This document shows positions 1-8,873 of a stretch of DNA of 35,529 nt, piece by piece; within the stretch, counting starts at the first letter, position 1; each line of letters opens with the position of its first letter. The notes beneath the pieces were generated by a model. That model had not been told where the DNA came from, made no database searches, and worked only from the letters and a program-made list of their open reading frames with translations. A program made the position numbers and the translations under genes. The DNA lies in assembly GCA_039630055.1 (NCBI GenBank), contig JBCNVN010000013.1, positions 1 through 35,529 on the forward strand, read 5' to 3'. This DNA is from Candidatus Caldarchaeales archaeon. GTDB taxonomy: Archaea; Thermoproteota; Nitrososphaeria_A; Caldarchaeales; Wolframiiraptoraceae.

Positions 1-129
1 TGAGTAGGTGAGGTCAATCCAATCAACCGTCTTTGAATAGGATAATGCTACTCCCGCTAAGATTCCGATGAACATCAATATTCCGTTTGGAGGTCTAGTT
101 AAGGAAAGATATGCCTTAAGCTTTTTCAT
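1..129 (-). CDS. UbiA-family prenyltransferase, probably digeranylgeranylglyceryl phosphate synthase (5' part only, runs off the left edge)
   Basis: Manual translation from ATG at 129 gives MKKLKAYLSLTRPPNGILMFIGILAGVALSYS..., with the UbiA N-terminal 'LxRPxN' motif followed by a hydrophobic helix. Not in the ORF track because it is truncated. Confidence 0.7.
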   Translation of the reverse strand, partial: MKKLKAYLSLTRPPNGILMFIGILAGVALSYSKTVDWIDLTYS

Positions 130-202
130 CGGTTGATGAAACTACATGATACCATTTAATCCTTATGCTAGAGGCCTTATCTAAATATTATGATTCAAGA
201 AT

Positions 203-763
203 TCACGGAGTCAGATCCACCATCTTCAAAGTATAGTATACTACTTCATTCCTCCTATCTACAACCGCTAGAGCAAGCTCCTTCCTCATGTTTCTACACG
301 CTTCTAACCATTCCAATATCTTCTCTACAGACATGTCTTTTCCCTCATAGATTATGGCCACTAGATATTTTGCAGGCTTCTCAGAGTATTCTCCACGATC
401 AAATACTCGGAATCTTAACTCAGAGCTGAAACCATCTTTGACAACATAATGTCTCTTCCTCAAATCTCTATAAACGATATAGTCTCTCCAGATGTTTCTA
501 TCTAGAACGGATAATTTGGTTAGCAGCTGATTAAAATCTAGATTTCTTCCTTCAGAATCTTTTAAATTCATCTTCTTCATTTCTACTAGAAACAAAGCTT
601 CTATCGGAGAATATCTTACCACTTTTCTATCTTGATTCTTCTGAACGAAAACCTTTTGCTAGATATCGTGCAACAACTTCATCCATCTTAGATATCATCT
701 CTCCTTCAGCATATATGGCCTCTTGATAATCTTCTCGTTAGAGATAGGTCTCGCACTCATCAT
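203..763 (-). CDS. endA: tRNA-splicing endonuclease subunit, probably the non-catalytic/structural one; the N-terminal part is interrupted by frame changes
   Basis: 203..622 encodes SPIEALFL, YIVYRDLRKRHYVVKDGF, RKELALAVVDRRNEVVYY (EndA C-terminal fold). The catalytic Tyr and His positions are replaced (RVF, KPAKY). The upstream in-frame ATG at 763 is separated from it by TGA (697-695) and TAG (661-659). Confidence 0.75.
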
Positions 764-801
764 GAACACAGATTAATTATGTTCTGCCAACATTTAAAGG
801 G

Positions 802-832
802 ATTTAGATTATTCTTTAAAGATAATCTAAAT
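802..832. promoter_or_regulatory. Near-perfect 31-bp palindrome in the divergent endA/pheS promoter region
   Basis: ATTTAGATTAT-T-CTTTAAAG-ATAATCTAAAT: 11-bp perfect arms plus a CTTT/AAAG core, next to a TTTAAA TATA-like box at 793-798. Confidence 0.5.
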
Positions 833-923
833 AATTTAGTTAGGATGCGAACTCCAATATATTTAAATCGAGCGAAGATATGGAGAATCTCTGAGAGAGG
901 GGTAGCTTATTGTTTCAGAAATA

Positions 924-2447
924 GTGTTACACTGGCTAGAGAAATATCTAATCGGATTATTAAGACAGGTAAATAAACCTTTGACTTTTGAAGAAGCTGC
1001 GAAGATGCTTGGCAGGGATATTGGCACCATAGGTAAGACTGTTCAATGGCTTAAAGAGAAGAATCTAGTTGAAGTCATAGAAGAATCTACGCATGTCATC
1101 AAGCTGGGGCCTGAAGGTGAAGAATACCTTGCTAAAGGTCTTCCCGAGAGGAATATAGTTCAGCAACTCTCAGAGTTAGGGGGATCAGCTAAGATAGATG
1201 AACTGAGGAGGAGGCTTGGAGAGAGAACTCTTCAAATCGGTCTAATCTGGGCGAAGAAGAAAGGATGGATAAGGATAGAAGAAAAAGATAATGACAAATG
1301 GATAACTTTACAGACTTATCCAGAAGAGATAGGTGAAGAAAAGATATTAAAACTACTTAGAGATAATGGCTCGATCGAGCTGGAAAGTCTACAAGAAGAA
1401 CTGAAGAGAGCATCTTTAAACCTAGCTTACAGACAATCTATAATTAAACTAACCGAAGTCAAGAAACGTTATATCAAGCTGACGGAGAAAGCCTTGAAGC
1501 TGCCTGAAGAAGAATTGAAAATAGAGGAGGTTACTAATCTAACTCAAGAGATGCTCATAACTGGTTCATGGAGAAGATTAAAGTTCAGCAGGTTTAATAT
1601 CTCTGCTCCAACAAAACCCGCTGCTATTAGTAAGAGGCACCCGCTCCAGAAACTGATAGATCATGTAAAAGAGATATTCATAGAGATGGGTTTTGAAGAG
1701 ATTAGAGGTCCAATAGTAGAATTGGCCTTCTGGAATTTTGATGCTCTATTTCAACCACAAGATCACCCTGCTCGAGATATGCATGATACCTTTTATCTAG
1801 ATCAGCCGAGTCTAGGAGAACTTCCTGAAAAGTTCGTAGATAAGGTGAGAGATGTACATGAGACAGGGGGTTCTACCGGATCATTAGGATGGAGGTATGT
1901 TTGGAAGAGGCAAGAAGCAGAGAAGCTTATACTTAGAACTCATACGACAGCAGCGACTATAAGATATCTAGCTGAACAACCAGATCCGCCTGTTAAAGTA
2001 TTCTCAGTAGATAGGATATACAGGAATGAGAGAGTTGATTGGAAACATTTAGCAGAATTCCACCAAATAGAAGGAATAGTAATGGATAAGGGTGTAAGCT
2101 TCAGAGACCTTCTTGGATTGATAAAAGATTTCTATTCACGTTTAGGATTGCGAGATATAAAATTCAGACCGAGTTATTTTCCATACACTGAGCCTTCTGC
2201 TGAAGCATTAGTTTACTTGAAAGATAAGAATATGTGGCTTGAACTTATCGGTATGGGCATCTTCAGACCAGAGGTAACTCAACCTTTAGGTGTAAAGTAT
2301 CCCGTTTTAGCTTGGGGTGGAGGGCTTGAAAGACTTGCATTAGCAATCTTCAATCTAGAAGATATTAGAACATTCTATCTAAACGATCTAAGATGGATTA
2401 GAAGTCTCCCCGCTACATACTTAGAGAAAAAGATGGGGATAATATAG
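924..2447 (+). CDS. pheS: Phenylalanine--tRNA ligase alpha subunit (archaeal long form with N-terminal winged-helix domains)
   Basis: FWNFDALFQPQDHPARDMHDTF, LRTHTT, EFHQIEG, YFPYTEPS, WGGGLERLA motifs. Confidence 0.97.
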   Translation: MLHWLEKYLIGLLRQVNKPLTFEEAAKMLGRDIGTIGKTVQWLKEKNLVEVIEESTHVIKLGPEGEEYLAKGLPERNIVQQLSELGGSAKIDELRRRLGERTLQIGLIWAKKKGWIRIEEKDNDKWITLQTYPEEIGEEKILKLLRDNGSIELESLQEELKRASLNLAYRQSIIKLTEVKKRYIKLTEKALKLPEEELKIEEVTNLTQEMLITGSWRRLKFSRFNISAPTKPAAISKRHPLQKLIDHVKEIFIEMGFEEIRGPIVELAFWNFDALFQPQDHPARDMHDTFYLDQPSLGELPEKFVDKVRDVHETGGSTGSLGWRYVWKRQEAEKLILRTHTTAATIRYLAEQPDPPVKVFSVDRIYRNERVDWKHLAEFHQIEGIVMDKGVSFRDLLGLIKDFYSRLGLRDIKFRPSYFPYTEPSAEALVYLKDKNMWLELIGMGIFRPEVTQPLGVKYPVLAWGGGLERLALAIFNLEDIRTFYLNDLRWIRSLPATYLEKKMGII

Positions 2448-2493
2448 TTGATAGAATAATGATGAAGATAGCTTCAGGGATTAAACATGCTTT

Positions 2494-3084
2494 CTATCTT
2501 AAGTCCATATATGGTGGAGGGAGGCTGGTTAAGGTGCTTAGCCACTCTGCAAAGGCTCTGGCAGATCTTCCTCTATGAGATATTTTATTCTTCTTTATAA
2601 TATCCATCTCTGCATATGTTTCTCCATCTCCTTCATCCGGAATAAATATAGGGTCGAACCCGAACCATCTAGCCCCTCTAGGCTCTGAAGATATCATCCC
2701 TCCGACCTCTCCAGAGAAGACCTTTAACTCAGTATAAGGTGAGTAGAAGGCTATTACAGATAAGAATACTGCAGACCTATCTTTCACATCTTCCATCAAT
2801 TTTAAAATTCCTCTAACTCCTAAAGTTCTATAAATATACGATGAATAGGGACCGGGGAAACCATTAAGAGAAGTTATGAATAGTCCCGAGTCTTCTACTA
2901 GTACTGGCTCCCGCAAGATACTGTAAGCATATAGAGCACTTTCTGCAGCGATCTCTTTTAAATCATCTGACTGGACCTCCCGTGTTTTTAATAAATCGAC
3001 CCTATATTTTAGATTGTACTCTCTAAAGATTGTTTGAAATTCTTCGATCTTTCCCTTATTGGTTGTAACTAGTACAAACCTCAT
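2494..3084 (-). CDS. rdgB: Non-canonical purine NTP pyrophosphatase (RdgB/Ham1, XTP/dITP)
   Basis: TTNKGKIEE, VEDSGLFI, GFPGPYS, FGFDPIF, SHRGR motifs. 4-nt overlap with bud32. Confidence 0.95.
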   Translation of the reverse strand: MRFVLVTTNKGKIEEFQTIFREYNLKYRVDLLKTREVQSDDLKEIAAESALYAYSILREPVLVEDSGLFITSLNGFPGPYSSYIYRTLGVRGILKLMEDVKDRSAVFLSVIAFYSPYTELKVFSGEVGGMISSEPRGARWFGFDPIFIPDEGDGETYAEMDIIKKNKISHRGRSARAFAEWLSTLTSLPPPYMDLR

Positions 3085-3725
3085 CTTCTTCTCTCCTCTA
3101 CATATCTGCCCCTCATCCTAATCTCTCTAATCTTGGATATCAGTTCCCTCGTGAAGTCTTTTCCTAAGATCTCTGCATATCCTAATATAAAGTTTCTCAT
3201 GAATGGTTCCCTAATACTGTAGTGAACACTCTCTAAGCTTCTATCTAGTAGATGGATGTCGACAGCGAAATCTTCTAGCTCATCTGTGAACAAACTTAGA
3301 CCGAAATCAACGAAGAAGAGTTTTCCAGACCCATCGATTAGGATATTTGATGTTGTTAGATCTCCGTGTGCTATTTTAGATCTATGCATTCTTCCAACCA
3401 TCCTTCCAAGATCTTTTGCAACTTTTTCAACACTCTTCTCATCCGCCTTCTCCAACCATCTTCTAAGCTCTACGCCCTCAATATACTGCATGTAGATTAC
3501 AGCCTCACTTCTATCTAGAAAGATTACTGTAGGACATGATACCCCAGCTTTCTTCAAGGCCATCATAACTCTAACTTCATGTAATGTTCTCTGTTCCCTA
3601 ATCCTTCTATCCAGTTCTGCTATACGATAAGATTTGGAAACTCTATACTTAGAGACAGCATCGAAACCATTCCAATTAATTCTTGAGATTATCGCCTCTG
3701 CACCGATCCGTATAATATGATCCAT
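3081..3725 (-). CDS. bud32: KEOPS complex kinase Bud32 (Kae1-associated)
   Basis: GAEA, KYRVSKSYR, HGDLTTSN, VDFGL, C-terminal RMRGRY. Confidence 0.93.
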   Translation of the reverse strand: MDHIIRIGAEAIISRINWNGFDAVSKYRVSKSYRIAELDRRIREQRTLHEVRVMMALKKAGVSCPTVIFLDRSEAVIYMQYIEGVELRRWLEKADEKSVEKVAKDLGRMVGRMHRSKIAHGDLTTSNILIDGSGKLFFVDFGLSLFTDELEDFAVDIHLLDRSLESVHYSIREPFMRNFILGYAEILGKDFTRELISKIREIRMRGRYVEERRR

Positions 3726-3995
3726 CTTTCAGTAATCAATTATGTTAAAGTAGGTTAAAAGTCTACATGAGATACAGTGAACACTTTAAAGATGTATTGA
3801 CGAATTTCTAGAGAGATAGACGTAGATTCCAAACTAGTATAGAAATTTATCTAGTGATCTTGAGATAAAACATTTCTTAACTACTAAAAAATCATGTCCA
3901 TAGTTATCAGCAAACCCTTCAGATTACTAGCATCTATCTCTCAACAATATCAAAACCTCGATAAAACTTAGAACTTAATTAAAAGGGAACAGTAT

Positions 3996-4068
3996 AGCCC
4001 GGGGAGGGATTTGAACCCCCGTAAAAGTGGGTCTGCAGCCCACCGCCTAGCCGCTCGGCCACCCGGGC
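3996..4068 (-). tRNA. tRNA-Cys(GCA), intron-less, CCA not encoded
   Basis: Reverse complement GCCCGGG TG GCCGAGCGGCTAGGC G GTGGG CT-GCA-GA CCCAC TTTTAC GGGGG TTCAAAT CCCTC CCCGGGC T forms a full cloverleaf with a U73 discriminator. Confidence 0.96.
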
Positions 4069-4159
4069 TTAACTATCACCCTAATATGTTTATTTTATAG
4101 TTTATACTTAAAGATTGTGTCATTCGATATTAATATAATTGTCTCCGAGGTGTACAAGT

Positions 4160-4939
4160 TTGAGTCTCGTCAAGAAGAGGAGTATAGTTAACCTTTTGAA
4201 ATCTAGGAGAAGTATTAGGATCTTTAAACCTATTAGTATTCCAGATGAGGTTGTTCGTCTCCTAGTAGAGGTAGGTGTGAGGGCTCCTACACCATCACAT
4301 CTTCAACTTTATTCACTAATCTGGGTTAGAAGCCCTGAGAAGAGAGAAAAACTATCAGAGATCTGTCAAGAAGAGATTGTGAAGAATGCATCGATAATAC
4401 TTTTAGTATGTGGAGACTTGAGAAGGGCGGCGAAGATGCTTGACCTACTTGAGCATCGTCATGTCTTATCATCAGATAAACATCCAGTCGAGACTGTGAT
4501 GAGCATATTTGAGGCGGCACTCGTAGTAGATAGTATTACTATCACGGCAGAGTCTCTAGGTTTAGGCTCGGTAATCTTAGACTGTCCCTTACTGTATGCT
4601 CCTATTATCGGGAGATTATTCAATCTTCCAAGAGGGGTTGTCCCCCTTGCTCTAGTATGTATCGGGGTAAGAGGCGAGTCTCCACCCTTAAGACCTAGAC
4701 TCCCCCTAGAGATCATACTCCATGAAGATTCTTATAGAGAACTAGCTGAAGATGAGTTGAGAGCCTTTCTATCTAAGCTTGAAAAACATATGGAGATGGA
4801 GAACTATGTTAAGAAATATACTGGAAAGAGTATAAAATATCTAGATTACTTAAGGATGAGGACTGAGCTAAGCAAAGATGCCGAGAAAGATTATGATGCC
4901 TTAATCAAATATCTTAAAGAAAACTTCTACAAGATCTAA
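4160..4939 (+). CDS. Nitroreductase-family flavoprotein (NfsA-like)
   Basis: RRSIRIF, RAPTPSHLQ, AESLGLGSV, RPRLP motifs. The start is placed at TTG 4160 behind a GAGGTG Shine-Dalgarno (4147-4152); the ORF track starts at 4139. Confidence 0.85.
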   Translation: MSLVKKRSIVNLLKSRRSIRIFKPISIPDEVVRLLVEVGVRAPTPSHLQLYSLIWVRSPEKREKLSEICQEEIVKNASIILLVCGDLRRAAKMLDLLEHRHVLSSDKHPVETVMSIFEAALVVDSITITAESLGLGSVILDCPLLYAPIIGRLFNLPRGVVPLALVCIGVRGESPPLRPRLPLEIILHEDSYRELAEDELRAFLSKLEKHMEMENYVKKYTGKSIKYLDYLRMRTELSKDAEKDYDALIKYLKENFYKI

Positions 4940-4980
4940 CCATAATCTTATTTAACTAAAAAATGTAGAGAATATCTAGT

Positions 4981-6051
4981 ATGTGTGGATTGGAAGATGA
5001 TATATTGAGAGTACTAGATGAGTATAGTAGAAAAATTAAACGAGAGCTTGAACATTTCATACCACGCAGAGTAGATGAAAAAACCCTTTCTGAGATAATT
5101 GGTGAACCATCATACAGGTATGAGCCAGAATCTATCAATAAATCGATTCTTCAGCCTTTCTGGGACCTAATAGATCGAGGTGGAAAAAGGTGGAGGCCCG
5201 CCTTGACGCTCATGGTCTATGAAGCTATCGGAGGCAAGATCGAAGAGATACTTCCTTTAGCGATCATCCCTGAGACCATACACAATGGAACTCTCGTAGT
5301 AGACGATGTAGAAGATGATAGTGAATTTAGAAGAGGTAAGCCATGCATACATAGGATCTATGGAGTCGATATAGCACTAAACATGGGCAATACTATGTAT
5401 TTCCTACCAATGCTTATACTATCAAAGATAGATATCTCAGAGCATAAAAAAGCCAGGATACTTGAAGAGTACATAAAGACTATGGTCGAGCTTAGTCTAG
5501 GTCAAGCCATGGATATAGCATGGCATAGAGGGTTAGTAGATGAAGTTGATGAAGAACAGTATCTACAGATGACCTTATTCAAGACAGGGGCCTTGGCTAG
5601 ATTCTCTATAAGAATTGCAACAATAATGGCTCATACTCCTAGAGAGATTGAAGATAAACTCTCTAGATTTGGAGAATCGATTGCTATTGCATTCCAGATA
5701 CAAGATGATATACTTAACATTATTGGAGATGAATTGAAGTATGGTAAAGAGATTGGTGGTGATATTAGAGAAGGTAAGAGAACCCTTGTTGTAGTTAGAG
5801 CATTAAAGACCCTTGAGAAAGAGAAAGCAAAACGACTTAAAGAGATAATAAACTTGAGAACTAGCGATATAAAACTTATAAATGAAGCGATATCTCTAAT
5901 AAAAGAGTCTGGATCGATAGAGTATGCTAAATCATTATCTAAACAGCTTGTCTCAAAAGCATGGGAACAGATAGATAAAATCATTGAAGATTCTACAGCA
6001 AAAAAGAACTTGAAGGCATTGGCAGACTTCTTGATAATGAGGGAATACTAA
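4981..6051 (+). CDS. trans-Polyprenyl diphosphate synthase (GGPP synthase family; chain length uncertain)
   Basis: GGKRWRP, FARM DDVEDD..RRG, GQAMD, KTGAL, SARM FQIQDDIL, GGDIREGKRT. Confidence 0.93.
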   Translation: MCGLEDDILRVLDEYSRKIKRELEHFIPRRVDEKTLSEIIGEPSYRYEPESINKSILQPFWDLIDRGGKRWRPALTLMVYEAIGGKIEEILPLAIIPETIHNGTLVVDDVEDDSEFRRGKPCIHRIYGVDIALNMGNTMYFLPMLILSKIDISEHKKARILEEYIKTMVELSLGQAMDIAWHRGLVDEVDEEQYLQMTLFKTGALARFSIRIATIMAHTPREIEDKLSRFGESIAIAFQIQDDILNIIGDELKYGKEIGGDIREGKRTLVVVRALKTLEKEKAKRLKEIINLRTSDIKLINEAISLIKESGSIEYAKSLSKQLVSKAWEQIDKIIEDSTAKKNLKALADFLIMREY

Positions 6052-6146
6052 AAACATGGATTCTGATTGAGAGATTAAGAGACGTTTTAAGATGAATTTT
6101 TAAGTAGTATCAACCATATTCCTAAAAAGAAGGTGATAATCGGAAT

Positions 6147-8210
6147 ATGTCAAAGTTTAGCAGAATACCAGGCATGCTTTTCATAATCATCTCCTTCATC
6201 CCATGGATCATCTATTGGACGCTTTCCAGCATGGGCTACGCTCTAGGGATAATCTTTTCATTCTTAATCTCTCTCATCATTATTATCCCTCAAGTCTTTA
6301 AGAGAGATTTCAACTTGATGGACATAGCTTCTATCTCCTACTTCAGCATCGCCCTCCTAAGCACTTCAATCTTCAACCTAAACATATTCATAACTCATAG
6401 TGGATTTCTCGGATACCTAACACTATCTTTAATGGCGATCACCTCTATACTAGTCAAAAAACCTTATACACTTCAAGTTTCAAAGAGAGATTATCCAGAG
6501 ATATACTGGAAGGATAAACTATTTCTAACTATTAACTCGGTCATTACCGGATTCTGGGCAACGATCTTCCTCTCCAACGCGATAATATCGCTAGCTCTAG
6601 AATCGATTCTCTCCATAGTTATCTCAAATATCTTAATAGCTAGTGGAGTTGTGTTCTCTATAATCTTTCCTCTAGAGGCGCCTGCATACTTTACTACAAA
6701 AAATTTAAAAAAATATGATTGGAGGGTTAATGTAAACCCTAGCAGAAAAATAGGTGAAGATGAATATGATGTCATAATAGTTGGTGCTGGGATCGGAGGC
6801 TTGGCTTGTGGAGCACTTTTATCGAAAAGAGGATATAGAGTATTAGTTTTAGAGCAACACTTTCAAGTTGGAGGATACTGTTCTTCTTTCCAAAGAGAAG
6901 AATTCACATTTAATTCTGGTGTAGCAGATGTAAGCGGGTTATGGGAGAAAGGACCGATCACATATCTTCTCAGAGAACTCCAACTAAAGAAGGAAGAATT
7001 ATTCGTGAAGAACAAGATGAGGATTATATTTAGGGGTGAGGAGATCAACATATCTAATGGTTTAGATAGCTTAGTAAAGCTTCTATCAGATAAGTTTCCA
7101 GATGAGAAGGAAAAGATCTCTGAATTCTTCAGAGACGCAGAAAAGGCTTATGAAGAGTGCTATAGAGAATCCGAGATCTATGGAGTCCCTCTACCCGCTG
7201 AATTGATCGTCAAGGTCTACGGGAAGAAGAAGTTCTTGAATTATCCGAAGGAACATCCACATTTTTATGATTGGATGAATAAGACCTATAAACAGAAGCT
7301 TGACGAGTATTTTAAGAATGAAAATCTGAAAGGGTTCCTATGCGCATTACTCGGATATGTTGGAGCAGAACCTGAGAGGGTTCTTGCGAGTAGTGCGCTT
7401 ACAGCCAGTGTTTCCTATTTTCTTCATGGAGGCTATTACCCTAAAGGAGGAGCCCAGAGATTCGCTGAAATCCTAAGAGAGTTCATCGAAGAACACGGGG
7501 GTAAAGTATTGACAAAACATAAGGTCGAAAAGATACTATTAGAGAATGGTAAAGTTGTAGGTGTAAGGGTCGGATGGAGGATCTTCAAAAGCTCTATTAT
7601 AGTATCAAATGTAAATGCTAAGAGTACTTTCCTTGAACTCGTTGGAGAAGACTATCTTGATAAGAAGTTTGTTAACTATATAAAGAATCTAAGAATGTCA
7701 CCTTCAGCCTTCATGGTATTTCTAGGAGTAGACATGGATTTATCTGACTACCCTACACTAATAAACAATATAGATGATGGATATGAAGTCGTTATTAACT
7801 CGAATGCTGATCCATCTCTAGCTCCTAAAGGTAAAACTAGTATAACGATAATGACGAGAGCAGATTATCATGATTTTCCAGAGAGAGGGACTGAAGAATA
7901 TATGAAAAGGAAAAAAGAGTTTGCAGAGATATTGATTAAGAAGGTCGAGAAGATAATTCCAGGATTGAGTCGATCAATAATTGTTCAAGATGAAGCAACA
8001 CCGAAAACATTTGAAAGATATACCTTGATGCCTGAAGGTGCGATATATGCCTTCGACCAATCGATCGATATTGTAAGACCTTTCTTTAAGTCCCCGATAA
8101 AAGGTCTCTATCTAGTTGGTGCATCGACTTTTCCCGGAGGAGGGATCGAGGCGGTGGTAATATCAGGGATAATATGTGCAAACGATATATGTGAGTGGAA
8201 GATCCGGTAA
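6147..8210 (+). CDS. Multi-TM N-terminal domain fused to a phytoene desaturase/RetSat-like FAD oxidoreductase
   Basis: About 180 hydrophobic N-terminal residues (5-6 helices), then YDVIIVGAGIGGL...LEQHFQVGGY (Rossmann fold) and C-terminal IKGLYLVGASTFPGGGIEAVVISG of the CrtI family. Confidence 0.85.
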   Translation: MSKFSRIPGMLFIIISFIPWIIYWTLSSMGYALGIIFSFLISLIIIIPQVFKRDFNLMDIASISYFSIALLSTSIFNLNIFITHSGFLGYLTLSLMAITSILVKKPYTLQVSKRDYPEIYWKDKLFLTINSVITGFWATIFLSNAIISLALESILSIVISNILIASGVVFSIIFPLEAPAYFTTKNLKKYDWRVNVNPSRKIGEDEYDVIIVGAGIGGLACGALLSKRGYRVLVLEQHFQVGGYCSSFQREEFTFNSGVADVSGLWEKGPITYLLRELQLKKEELFVKNKMRIIFRGEEINISNGLDSLVKLLSDKFPDEKEKISEFFRDAEKAYEECYRESEIYGVPLPAELIVKVYGKKKFLNYPKEHPHFYDWMNKTYKQKLDEYFKNENLKGFLCALLGYVGAEPERVLASSALTASVSYFLHGGYYPKGGAQRFAEILREFIEEHGGKVLTKHKVEKILLENGKVVGVRVGWRIFKSSIIVSNVNAKSTFLELVGEDYLDKKFVNYIKNLRMSPSAFMVFLGVDMDLSDYPTLINNIDDGYEVVINSNADPSLAPKGKTSITIMTRADYHDFPERGTEEYMKRKKEFAEILIKKVEKIIPGLSRSIIVQDEATPKTFERYTLMPEGAIYAFDQSIDIVRPFFKSPIKGLYLVGASTFPGGGIEAVVISGIICANDICEWKIR

Positions 8211-8297
8211 AAATCAAATCATGTTGAGGGTCTGAAATATATACTTAATCTTTCCTATTGAGAAAACCTTATCATCTCTTTTTAGAAGTATTCTACT

Positions 8298-8798
8298 ATG
8301 GCTCCTGAATTGAAGTTTGAGCTCATAGATGTAAAAATACCTGAGGGATGCAATCTAGTATTTGGGATCACCCACTTCATTAAGAGTGTTGAAGACATAT
8401 ATGAGGCTATAGTAAACAGCGTGCCAAAGGCTAAGTTTGGAGTAGCTTTTGCAGAGGCAAGCGGTCCATGTTTGATAAGGTATGAGGGGACCGATGAAGA
8501 CCTTAAAAAGATCGCTGCTGAAACACTACTTAAGATCGGTTGTGGACATACCTTTCTAATTATAATGAAAGATATGTATCCGATAAACATAATGGAGAAG
8601 CTTAAGAATGTTCCAGAAGTTTGCACGGTGCTCGCTGCTACAGCGAATCCAGTACAAGTCGTCGTCGCTGAGACAGAGCAAGGAAGAGGTGTAGTAGCAG
8701 TGATAGATGGATATAAGTCGAAGGGGATAGAAGGAGATAAAGAGATAAAAGAGAGGAGAGAATTCCTACGGAAGATAGGTTACAAGTTCCAACCTTGA
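8298..8798 (+). CDS. Adenosine-specific kinase family protein (DUF355)
   Basis: HFIKSVEDIYE, FAEASGPCL, GHTF, ATANPVQVVVAETEQGRG, RREFLRKIGYK. Confidence 0.88.
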   Translation: MAPELKFELIDVKIPEGCNLVFGITHFIKSVEDIYEAIVNSVPKAKFGVAFAEASGPCLIRYEGTDEDLKKIAAETLLKIGCGHTFLIIMKDMYPINIMEKLKNVPEVCTVLAATANPVQVVVAETEQGRGVVAVIDGYKSKGIEGDKEIKERREFLRKIGYKFQP

Positions 8799-8873
8799 GC
8801 TAGAAGTTTTCATTAAACCTTTACCTATACACGATAAACGAGTATAAGAGCTGCTGAGTACCCTTGTTGAGAT

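Noticed and set aside
2451-2498. ATGATGA box-C-like motif flanked by a 7-bp inverted repeat between pheS and rdgB
   Set aside because: There is no CTGA D or D' box at suitable spacing, so a C/D sRNA is not supported.
4020-4027. 6-nt variable region (TTTTAC) in tRNA-Cys, one or two bases longer than usual
   Set aside because: Too small to interpret, and no BHB intron is present. It may be a homopolymer error, which is also a caveat for the endA frameshift.
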